Source: Camelus ferus
Taxonomy: Eukaryota
DNA: 64,000 nucleotides
Reading direction: 5' to 3'
NCBI RefSeq assembly: GCF_009834535.1
Contig: NC_045697.1
Location: 49,168,001-49,232,000, forward strand
The notes under the pieces were generated by a model that was not told the DNA's origin, ran no database searches, and worked only from the letters and a program-made list of their open reading frames with translations. Every line of letters begins with the position of its first letter. The first letter of the stretch is position 1. Below are positions 24,831-36,900 of this stretch, piece by piece. The position numbers and the translations under genes are program-made.

Positions 24831-26999
24831 GACAAGTCCACCCAGAGGGCTCGGCAGGATCAGAGAACTGTTGGAGAAGTTCTGGACCTATGTTTCTGCG
24901 GACGTTTGGACTGAAGTCATTAGTCCAACAATTTAGATTACCTTTAAAACATTTCCCATCCCAATAATATTGCATTTTACTTCTAAAATCAGCAAATCCA
25001 GATCAATCATCGAAGATTTAGCTCAGTGTTACAAATGTCCTTATGTGTTAAGGGCACTTGACCCTTTGGGCTTCCTAGGAATGCCAAATCTGATTTTAGC
25101 TGGCTTATGGCACAGGGGAAGCTCCTAATGCCTATTTCTGCTTACTCAAAGGTGTATAGAGACACCTTTTGTAACATATCAAACCCAATCATTTCAAATC
25201 AAGGAGTAAGAAAGTTCCAGAAAATATATTTCAAAGAGTACTAATAAGGGGTGACATGTTCCACCACGTATTAAAACATATACCCATGAACAGTAATTAA
25301 GAAAGTGTACATATGGTAAGTGATATAGAATACAAAGTCCAGGAACATGGATACACATTTAAGACAAGATAAAGGTCCCATTTCCAATAATAACTAGTCT
25401 TTTATTTATTCAGCTAATATATTTAAAAAATATTTTAACCTTTTTTGAGGTGTAATTTACATAACAAAAAACTCATCCATTTAAAATGTACAATGATTGT
25501 TAGTGAATTTACTGACTTGTGCAGTGTTAGAACATTATCACCTTAGTAAAATCCCTCATGTAAGTTTACAGTTAATCCCCATAACCACCCCAGCGCTAGG
25601 CAACCACTAACCTACTTTCTGTCTCTACAGATTTGCTGATCCCCGGTCTAGGCAAGAGGTTATGGTAATTTGAATCAGGGAGATGGCAGTGGAAATGAAG
25701 TATTTTAGAAATACTTAAAAGATAAAAATCCATAGGACTTGAGAGACAACTCTGGGAAAGGAAAGGGAGAGGGACATGTCAAGTAGCTCATTCGTTCCAC
25801 AGTCCTGAACAAAGCCCACCATGAGGGCAGGCATTCTGCTAGCACTAGGGAGACAACCAGTAAATACAGTAAATAAAGTTTTCTGCTCTCATGGAGCTAA
25901 TGTTAAATGGGGGAGGGGAGGCAGTAAATAGGTGGTGGTAAGTGCTAAGAATATTAAAGTAGCCAGAGTGACAAAAGTGGAATGTTCTCTTAGAAATGGT
26001 GATAAGGGAAAGCTTCCTATCGAAGAACTACTCAGCCATTCTTTTGCACCTGAGATCGTTCTTCCTTCCATCCATGATTTCTGTGCTTTGGCTCAGCTGG
26101 TTCTCTCTCGGGCCACTCTCAAACTCTCTTGAGGGCTATCTGCTCTGGGCTTAACATTGGTGCTCAGCTGCAGCCTCTTCTCACTTGACACTCTCTCCCT
26201 GACAATCCCATTGACTCCATCCATCTCCTTGCCACTCAAGTCATCTTCTCAGAGACAACCAGTGTTATTCATTTTTTAAAAATTTATCCTTCCAGGAATA
26301 TTTTATATAAATATGTGTAATTATATATTCCACCCCTCTTTTTTTCCCATTCAAATTATATCATACCATATACCATATAGTTCTAAATTGTTTATATAAC
26401 TTATCTTTGAGATCTTTCTTTTCAGAACACAGAGCGTTACTGTTCCCATTGCACGGCTGATTAGTATTCCTTTGTATAAATGCAGCTTTTTAAGCAATCT
26501 GCTGTTTTTTTCAAATCATCTGTTATTATACATAATGCTGTAACAGATAACCTTGTATTCTATTAATTTTGCCAAGTCATTTACAAGATAAATTCCTAGA
26601 AGGAGCATTGCTGGGTCCAAGGACAATTGTAATTTTGATAGACACAATGGCTTTTTTGTTCTTATTTTTATCAGTCATACAAGCACATAGATTTAAGAAT
26701 CAAAAAACTCTACAAAGTTTCTACAAAAAAAAAAAAAAACAACACTAAATATACATCAGTCTCAGAGGCGCTTCTTTTAGCCTTCTTTTTAATTTCTCTC
26801 TCTTTTTTTCCTTTTCACTTTACTCCCACGACTCTTAAGTATGCTGCTTCGGGAATTTTCAGTTTTAGTATTATCCGTTGACTCTCCGCTATGGAGAATG
26901 AGGATTTAGCTTGCTTTCTTACCCAGTCTTCATTGTACACTGCTATTCAGCTTCCTGCCCACCTTTTCCAAGGGGGCTCCCTAAAGCAGTTTTTAAGGG

Positions 27000-27900
27000 C
27001 TCTCTGGAGGCACGCCGTGGAGAGTTTCCCAGCATCTCACCTCGGTTGTGACGCTCTAAGCCACGCGAAGCCACAAGGCCCCGGAAGCAAGCTGGATCGG
27101 GGGCGTTCCCTCTCCTCCCTCCACCCACTACGCTTTTCTAGCATTCCGGCCTCTTAGCCTAGGCCAGAAAAGGGGCGGAACTCCGTGATCCGGGAGCGGC
27201 TTCCCCGCCGGATCGAAAACCGGAGTGCACCGAGTGTCGCGGGAGCGGTACCTCAGTCCCCTCCTCCCGCGACATGGCCTTCAACTTTGGGGCTCCCTCG
27301 GCCACCTCGGGTACTGCTGCAGCCACCGCGGCCCCCACGGGTGAGTTATACCCCAGACCTTCTCCCGGAGAGGAGGGAAGACCTTTGGTCCGGCCCTTCG
27401 GTCCGAGACTTTAGGGCTTGGAGTCCTGGGGTCTCCTGCCCGCGCGGAGACTAGGGGCTTGGGAAAAGGGCGGGCGGCTGCAGAGCGGGCCGAGGCGGCT
27501 CCTGAGGAGGCCGCGGGGGGAATGGAGGTCCAACATGGAACTCGCGCGCCGCGGGTGGGTACCCGCAGGGCCCCTTTCCTTCTAGGGTTCGCTTCCCGCT
27601 GCCACGGAATCGGAGTCGGAGAGCCTGGAGGCGGCTCCTCTCTCCCTTTGCCGGAGACCCACCCTCCCCTCCCCTCCCCACCTCAGACTCCGGGACTGGC
27701 GGGAACGCTCGCCTGGTTCCTGCGCTGGGCTCCGCGAGGGTAGGGCTGTGGAGCCTTCGGCGCAGCCCTGAGGCTCCCTCGGCCCTGGCCTTTTTGGTTC
27801 TAGCTGCGGGACTATGCGCTCCTGCTCCCTCCTCCGTCCCCCGCCTCCTCTGCTGTCTTTGGAGCAAAGTCAGGGTTTGTCTTTGTTCACTTCTGTGAAG
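27000..27900 (+). promoter_or_regulatory. NUP54: CpG island / TATA-less promoter of NUP54
   Basis: Abrupt rise in GC and CpG content around exon 1; ETS-like CCGGAAG near 27081; GC box GGGGCGGA near 27172. Confidence 0.85.
27274..27340 (+). CDS. NUP54: NUP54 exon 1 coding part (67 nt)
   Basis: gcgacATGG Kozak context; MAFNFGAPSATSGTAAATAAPT; donor G|gtgagt. Confidence 0.95.
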
Positions 27901-30900
27901 CCTCGTGCTGACTCTTCTAATCCGTATGTTGCTTTCTTTTCTTTTTCTTATTTCTTCTTTTCCCTCTCCTCTTTTAAAACTTTGTTTGTTTCTTTGCCTA
28001 CACGCCTATCAGGATTTGGTGGGCTTGAGACTGCCAACTCCACCGCCAGTGGGTTTAATTTTGGGGGTTTCGGATTAACTGCTAATCCTGCAGTGAACTT
28101 TAATATTGGGAGTTTCGGTGTTTCTACTACCTCGGCGACTCCATTCAATTTTGGTAACAGTCTGGCAAGTGCAGGTAGATATGCGGGTCGTCTGTGTAAC
28201 GAATGTTGGGAGCTGGAGTCCAAGAATATTTTGTGGTTCCTAGAGTTTGGGAAAGAACAGTGACTTTTCTAATAAGGAAAGGAGATTTATTTCCTAATGT
28301 CTAATCAAAAACAGTTATATCAAGTTTTGACTGCCTTTAAAAAATTGCTTTGGGGAAATCTTGCAAATTATAATGTTCCTTTGTTAAATTTGCATTCAAT
28401 TGAACAGAATATGCCTTCCAAGTGATAAGAATTTGGAATGGATTATTATTTTTGAGTAGAATGTATCTTCCAAATGATTAGATATCTCCTTCAAAGTATA
28501 AGCTCAACAGTCAGGCCCATTTTCCTGGAATTCTTGGACTCCTGCAGTCATTTTTTCATTTTTCCTGCATCTTTCATTGGAATTTCATTTGACTGTCCTT
28601 GTGTTTCCTGAGAGAAACAAGTCTTATACGAACAGCGGCAACCTGTCTTGTTTTTTAACCTGTATAATAATAATGTGTTTCTTTGGTCAACTCAGCAGAT
28701 TAGGATACATTTCTATAAGGTAATGTGATTATGGAAAGAATCCCCAATTCTTTACTGGATTTTTTTTGAGAAATGGTCAGAGAGAGCAATTTAGTTTATT
28801 GTCAGATAGTATTGGGTTCTAAAAGGTAGGCCAGACATCTTTGTACTCAAAATAATTATGAAGATTTTGGTATCTATATGGATTGTTTGAAGTTCACTGG
28901 AAATTTGCAAAACACAAACTATAATGTGTGTATACATTTAGATATAAATTTAAAATAGGTCTGTGTGTACCTTGCGTACAGTGACCGTATGGAAAAATCT
29001 TGTTCCTCAGCTGCTCGTATATGAATTTATTGTTCATATTCTCTTACATTATGCCACTTAATGCCCATGCCAATTATATGCATTTGATAAGCATGAATTA
29101 TTCCCTAAGACTTATTTGGGAAGTCTGGCATTTTGTGCAGTTACTTGTTACTGCTGTGTGGCTATTACCTTGGCATCTAATTTGAAAACATTTTGAAGAA
29201 TACTTAAAAATTCCAAAGATTAAATAATCCATTATCATTAAGGTATATTTGAAGTGATCACATATTACTGTTTGGATGTTTGCTTTTTCTCTGTTTGCTT
29301 AAAATTGGCACTGGGTAAAACAGAAACATTTTGAAATTTGTGTTTCCAAACAAACCCACCCAGCTCGTAATTCAACAACAATAAACCAACCTGTTGGTAT
29401 TTGCTTGATTTCATGTTCATTTGGAGTTATCACTGTTAAGCTTTGAGTTGTGGTAATATAACTGTGTTTTAACTACTTTTATGTATGTTCATTAACTTAG
29501 TCTTCAGCAAAGGGCTGATAGAAATTCTTGTCTACTTTTTAATTTTATTCCCTTGCAGATCCATTATTACAAAAAAAAATTTGTTATTATGGAGCATGTT
29601 AAAGATATTAATGTTTTTATTGTGTAGCCAGTTCAGAATATAGCTTAGATTTTCTATGAAAGTTAGAAGTAAGAAAAGATTAGGAACAATGTTCAGTACT
29701 TTAGGTGATTTTTATCAAAATGTTTACAGTTTGCAGTACTGCAGTAGAACCCACAAGTAAAATAAGAGTATTTGGTTATATCTGCATGCAACATGTAGTT
29801 GATTGTTGAGTAATTTTCCAAGTCAAAATTATATGATGATTATAATGGGTTGTTTTTTTTTTTGTCCTTGTATCTTTTATGTTACAATATTGATGAATCT
29901 CTGTCTCTTATGCCAGAAATACATGAGATTAAAAGTTAGAGGATTTGTCTTAAAAGTTTTTCTTGGCACCACATTGGTAATCAGGTAAAGACTGACAGAA
30001 AGGAAAGTCCATTTCATTCATATGTCAGGTTAGATATGGTTTAGATTAATTTTGATTCTAGATTTAGCTAAAAATGAAATTTCTGTATCTGTCAGTTACC
30101 AAACTGTGGTGCAGTGCCCTGTGGTAGCTTTGCTCTCCTTCCTGGCCACTGCCTTCCTCTTGTGGGTTTTTTACCCTTAACTCTTCCTTAAAGAAACACA
30201 TTCTTGTTGTATAGAAGTCAGTATATTGGTATGTTTCATTTGAAAAGTTGCTTAGCCTTGTTGGGAGATTCAGTAGAAATATAAGCTAAAGTAAAATATA
30301 CATGAATTCACTGAAGCCAAAGTTGCAAACACAGTCTGCTGATATGCTCTGTTTGTCACACTGTTTTAAAAACATTCGAGTTAGTTGCAGAAAATCAATT
30401 GAATTAGACTTTAAATTCTGTAAATTTCACATAGAAAATCTGTATCTTCTATTTCTCTTGGGAGAAAATGGAAATATATAACACTATTAACCTACCATTC
30501 TTCTGTAGCAGTAATCTGCTGGAATTTAGGAACTGCTGCCTTTTTAAAAAACTGTTCACATTGGTAAGTTCTACCAGTCAGTAAACACCTAGAGTATTTC
30601 ACTCTTTAATGTTAGCCTAAATCTTGTAGGTGTTTGAATTTGCAACCCCTACTCTAAAAGTACACTCAGTCATTTTAGAGTGTGTTAAACCTTAGGCAGT
30701 AGGCTTAATATGTTTTCTCAGCTGTAACTGTTAATCACCTCTTCAGTTGAAAGGTATATATTGCATTGTGGTGTTTCTACTTTACTTAGTCGCTCATTTC
30801 TGCAATGTATTGACTTCTTGATTAGTATAGTTTTTAAAAAATTGATGTTGAAAGTAGAGAAAGGAAAAATCACACCAATATATTTCATCTTTATATAGAG

Positions 30901-33900
30901 CAATTACTTATATAATTTGGAAAAGAAATTACCTCATATGTATACAAAAGATTCTTCCTTTCTATTTATTTATCCTTTTTTTAATTAGGTGGGTTTGGAG
31001 GATTTGGGACAACATCTACAACAGCAGGTTCTGCATTCAGCTTTTCTACTCCAGCTAACACAGGTGCTACTGGTAAGAAGATATCAAACTATTTGTAGAA
31101 GCAAATGAGCTAGAGGTCAATTCTTTTTTAACTTATACAATTTTAATTTTTTTATTCAAAGGACTCTTTGGTGGTACTCAGAACAAAGGTTTTGGATTTG
31201 GTACTGGTTTTGGCACAACAGCTGGAACTAGTACTGGTTTAGGTACTGGTTTGGGAACTGGACTTGGATTTGGAGGATTTAATACACAGCAGCAGCAACA
31301 GCAACAAACTAGTAAGTATGAGATTTTCATTTTAAAATATAAAGCCACAATATAGGTAACATTACTGAGTACACTATTCAAAACATTTTAGTGGGTATCT
31401 TTTTTTTTTTTTAAGAATGATAAATATATTATATTCCACAGGATTCCAAAAGCTACTTCTCATGTTTATATATGATGGCAGCTGGGGAGAAGACAGATTG
31501 GCATGATTAGGATTAAAAGACCTCTGTGTTTAGTATCATTCCATTAAAATTTTTTTGTTGTTGCTAAAAATAACACGAGAATAGAAAACGACAAAATTAC
31601 AGCTCAAAGAATTATATATAAGGTGAATGCCTTTGTCACTTGCCCATCAGAGAAAATATATGTTGATTACTTTCTTATTTTTCTTTATCATTTTGTCACT
31701 TAGGTGTGTAAACAATACTATTTAGTTTCATTTATCTTTAACCTCTGTAGGTTCCTCTTTTAGCTCTCTTTTTAAAAATTTTTCAATTTGTTGAAGAAAT
31801 CAGATCATTTGTCCTGGAGAGGTCATCAGTCAGGACTTTAGTGATTGCATTCCTGTTGTATAGTTTTCATATCCCTTTGCCCTCTGTATTTCTTGCAAGT
31901 TGGGTTGGATCTAGGGGGTTAATTATGTTGATAGTTAAGTTTTTTGTTTGCAAGACTACTTTATAGATAGTGTTGTATTTTTTATCAAGAGGCATATCAT
32001 GTCTGATTGTCTCTACATTTTGTCATGTTAGCAGCAGCCATTGGTTATCATTACCTAGATCCATTAATTCATTAGGGGTTGCAAAATGGTGTTATTCCAA
32101 CACTATGACTCCTTTTTCATTTATTTTTTGGAATACTTCAATAAAGAGAAACTTTACCTCATCCACTATAGATGATTCTTCCCCTTTATTCTTAGTTTTC
32201 AAAGTAAAGAATTGGTTCCTAATCATTCTCCAAAGGGAACTTTTTTTTTTTTTTTTTTTGATGTCAGGAACTCAAGTATTTAAATTATTTGGTATTTTTT
32301 AATCCATTGTAGTTTTACTTATTGATGCTTAAATTGTTCCAACTTTGGCTAGCGTAAGCCTCAGGTTGGTTCCCAAATCCCTTTAGACACAAGTGTAGAA
32401 TTAGTCTTTGATAGCTTCCTTACTAGCTGGTATGGCAGTATGTTCCAGGGTTATCTTATATGGATTAATCTATTTAATTATCACAAGAACTTTATGAAGT
32501 AGAACTCTTTGGTATCTCCATTTTATAGGTGAAGAGAGGAAACTGAGAGAATTGTGACTTTTCCATATACCTCCTAAGAAGTAGTATAAGAACATAAATT
32601 CCAGTTCTGTGACTTCTTTTGTAATTCTTTTTCTTTTCCATAGTCTGTGACCTCTTAAAATCACTTTTGTTTCATCTTTCTTAGATAACTTGATTGATTG
32701 TCTAAAATTCACTTTACTTAGACATTGAAGATTAGTAATTTATTAAATATCAATTTCAAGAATTATCTAACCAATAGGATAAAAATAATAGAATTATTCC
32801 TCCAGAATAATTCCAGAATTTTTTTTTCTAGAGTTACAATTGTATCTTTCCTACTATCCTCCTGCAAAAATACACATAGTTTGATGGAAATCCAGGTAGT
32901 TAAGGAGAAGAAAAGAAAAGTGAAGTTTTTTCTTTGTTTCTTGACATAAAGCCTCTCCAACTGTAAGTTATTATAGTTGCATTTACTTTTGTTAGGAAAA
33001 GTGGGAATTTGAATCTGGTGCTATTCATTTTCAGAATGAAAAGGACTCATTCAGTTAGATAGCAGCCATTTGCTGAGTATATGTTGTATGTCAGGCACTG
33101 GGTATATAAGGTTGAAGACCATAACCCCTGTTTATAGCCTGCAAGGAGATAGATTAGCAATTAGATAGAATAATATACATTAAACTATAAAAAATATGTA
33201 TGTGTGGGAGCACTAAAACAGACCCACACAAGTTGCTATGGAATACAGAGGGAGAGTTGAATCTTAAAGGAATTAGCCAGTTGGATAAAGTCAGAAAAGG
33301 GTATTCCAGACAGAGGGAATAACATTGACAAAGATATGACTACATGGCACAGCATAATGGATTTGGGGCCTGCTGTTGTAAGGAGTTTGAGTTTAATCTG
33401 CAAAAATTGTGGAGGTTTTGCCTCATTTTATAAAACTCCTGCTTGTGTGCAGCACTTGCAGTCTGGTTACACCATCTCTGATGTGTCTAATTTCAGTTAC
33501 CTGCTGACTTCCTGGACAGTACTTCTTATTCACTGAAAACTTTGGCAGCTGGCTCTGAGTCTTGCTTTTCTTTCCAACTTGTGCTTTCAGTCTGGTTTAT
33601 TTTTGTACTCAAACAGCTATGCCATCTACCTTTTTATTACAAAGAACTCCATTTCACTTTAGCCACAATTCTTACCTTGGACTTTGGCAACATCTGAAAC
33701 TGTTCTAATTCCATGATCACTAATGTAAACATCCCACAACCTATTGCTCTTTTAGCCTCCCTTTTCAACTTCCAGTATAGCTGTTCTTAGATCTCATTAG
33801 AATCTTTAGACCCATGACACTTTCTGCTTTTCCATCAGCTCCTTCCTGTCTTCTATTTTCTCTAATTAGCTTAGATTCCTTGTCCTTCCATTTCGGTCAC

Positions 33901-36900
33901 TCTCACTATATGCTAAACTTCCTTATCCTTGTAGCATGTCTACCTGAATAAACCACCCAAGCCTGTGTAAGCCCAACTGTCTCTAGATACTGCTTGAGAA
34001 AATCACACAGTATAAAAGATTGAATAGTACCTCTAAATTCTTAATCACCAACCCAAGTTGGGGCCTCAACATTGCCCGGCAATCCTGAGAATTTTCTGTT
34101 TTCCAATTATTCTTCCACTTTCTATAAATTATTTTAAACCTTTATTCTCTTCACATCTCAGATTTCCCTGTTCTCACTTTCAGCAGATGGCCTTGACTTC
34201 TACTGCACAGAGAAAATAGAATCCCTCATTGTAATCCCTTCAGCTGCCCACTACTGGATCTGTCTACCTCCCTCTGAACCCATCCTTTTCTCTTTTCACC
34301 GGTGCCCTGGATCTCATATCCTCCCACCTTCTGGTGACCTTTGTGTTGTTGATTATTCTGCCCAGCAAACACCCACCCCATTCCACCTCCCACCCTCCAC
34401 CAAAAGAAAAAGTCTCCAGCTTCTCTATCCAAGGATTCTTCTCATCCACACTTAAATAATCTGAAGTTTCTTATTTCTTAAAACAGTAACAACAAAACAA
34501 AACTACTTTAATCTCCCATTTCACTTCGGCTGTCATTCTCTTCCTTCGTAAACTACTTGGAACAGATGTAGAAGAATGGGATTGTCTGTTACCTCTTAGT
34601 CTGCACTAGTCTGGTTTCTCCTTTCTTTACCCAATCAAATAGTTAAGGTTATGAATCATCTCAAATCCAATGAACATTTACTGTTCTTTAATTGAGAAAA
34701 ATTCTAACACAGAAAAATAGAATAATAAAACAATCCCACATTCTACCAAATAGATTCAACAAAAGTCAAAACTTGCCATATTTGCTTTACCTCCTCCTTC
34801 CTCCCTTCCTTTTTTTTTTCTTTTGAATTGCTGAAATACTTTAAAGCAAATCCCAAACATGTCATTTCACCCTTACTTTACTGTGTTACTCTTAAAAACA
34901 TGGAATCATTTCAACTTACAAGTAATAACTCCTTGGTGTCATCTAATACCCAGTCCTTAATCAAATGTCCTCTTATGTCTCAGTAAAGTTTCCTTCAGAC
35001 AAGGACCACACATTCACTTTCTTGTTATGTCTCTTAAGTTTCCATTTAGTATAGAGAATTCCCCACTCTGGTTTTTCCTTACTCATGAATTACTGCAGAA
35101 ATTAGGCCATTTGTCCTGTGAAATGCCCCATTCTAGATATGTTTGTTTCCTTATAGAATCATTTAGCTTTATCCCCCATATTTGTGGTAAATGAAGTTAG
35201 CTTTAGATACTTTATTAGATTTGACTTTGACTTTTTGGCATGAATACTTTGCAGGTGGTGCTGTGTGCTTCATGTTGCATCATATTAAGTGGCTGTCTCT
35301 CTCTTAGAGATGCTCAGTGGTTGATCAGTGGTTCAGGTGGTGAGAGCCAATCTGTCTTAGAAAGTTCCCCATCACTCTTTAACCTAGTGGTTTCATTCAT
35401 TGATGGTCATTGCCTCAATCAATTATTTTATTAGGAGTTGCAAAATGGTGATTTTCTAATTCTGCCCTCTCTTCTACACTGAAATTCTTCTGTAAAAGGA
35501 GTTTTTCTTCATCCCACCAAGATTGCTTAGTCAGCCTGAAATACAATTTGTATAGGAAAGGCATGGTAAGTTCTTTCTTAATTGACAGTTTTTGTAAGAA
35601 GTTGTTGGTGGCCTGATTATTTCCAGTGGTGTCTAAGGGGTTGAGATTTTATAAATTTTTAATTTTTACTTTAAAAAATCATTTTGAATGCATGAGCTTT
35701 AATAAATTGAATGTGTTTTGAGTTGGTTGCATTCGTTATTCTTTTTGATGCTCAAATTGTCACATTTTTGGCCAGTGTAAGCCTTTACCGTCAATGATAG
35801 CCTGGTCTGTTTTTTTTTTTTTTCCTTCCTTATTGTTTAGTGCTCCTTACTGCTTTTGCCAGCTTGTCTTCCCCTCTTTGCCACAGGAATTTTGCACATA
35901 CTGTTCTTCTTTGCCACTGCCCCATGACCTGACTATGTCCTTTAGACCTTAGCTGAAGTTCTAATGGAACAGCTTTCTCTTGACCCTCCTGCCCCAGGCT
36001 TGATTAGCTACCTCATTTAAGACTCTCATAGCCTCTGTACTTCTCCCAGGCACTTACCACAACTGTTAATATTTGTTTTATGTGCTCAGTTTGTTTAAAG
36101 AACCAGTCTTGTTTACTGCCATATATCCTTAGTGTTTGCCTCTATCTCTGACACTTAGTAGGTGCTCAGTAAGTATTTGTTGAATGAATGAAAGTATGCA
36201 TGTATGTAAATATGTATGATATGTAAAACCAGGAGAGACTGTATTATCCTGAAATCTAAGGAAGGAGAGTTTTTCAAGGAGGATGTGTATTCAGTGAAAG
36301 TAGATTTTCTTTGGGAGCTGAAAGAATAATCAATAGCATGAGACCCCTGAAAAGGTAGAAAGGTATAGATGTCTAACATGCTAAGGCTTTAAAAGAGACT
36401 ATTGGATTTTGTTATTTGAGTTTCTCAAATGCCTTCTAGTTAGTGAGCTCTGAGTAGACTAGTGTGGTGGAATCCAGTGTGAAGTGTCAAGGGGGAGGCT
36501 GAATGTAAATTAGTATAGATGATAGTTTGTTTATCTTATTTAAAAGTTGAAGAAGGTAAAGCCTAGGAATTTCTTGACCAAGACTGCAAAGTGAGCTTAT
36601 AGTAAACCAGTATTCAAGTCTTCTGGCTTCTAGTCCAGTTCTTTAGCATTTTCATATATGCCCACTTGGGAATTAGTAATATTCATGTGGAAGGTTACAG
36701 CAGCCCCTCTCTAGCCCTTAGAAGCCCCATTGGCCTTGTGGTACTTACAGTCTTTAGAGCTGAAAGAAAACTTAAATATCATCTAATACAGTAGTCCTAA
36801 AACTCAGGTCATTTTGGTATTATCTTCATGATTTTTCTTTTATCTACATACCGTTTGTATTGTTAAAGGATTTTCTTTAAATCAATTTACTTTTAAACAT

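Noticed and set aside
27185..27867. GC-rich ORFs on both strands (89, 138 and 94 aa)
   Set aside because: Stop-poor CpG-island sequence with non-ATG starts and no recognisable protein; the real reading frame is NUP54 exon 1.
27814..28012. ATG-initiated 149-aa ORF running into the FG cassette as an alternative NUP54 N-terminus
   Set aside because: The upstream part translates the polypyrimidine tract (F/S/L-rich), so a spliced cassette is the simpler explanation. An alternative first exon cannot be fully excluded without CAGE data.
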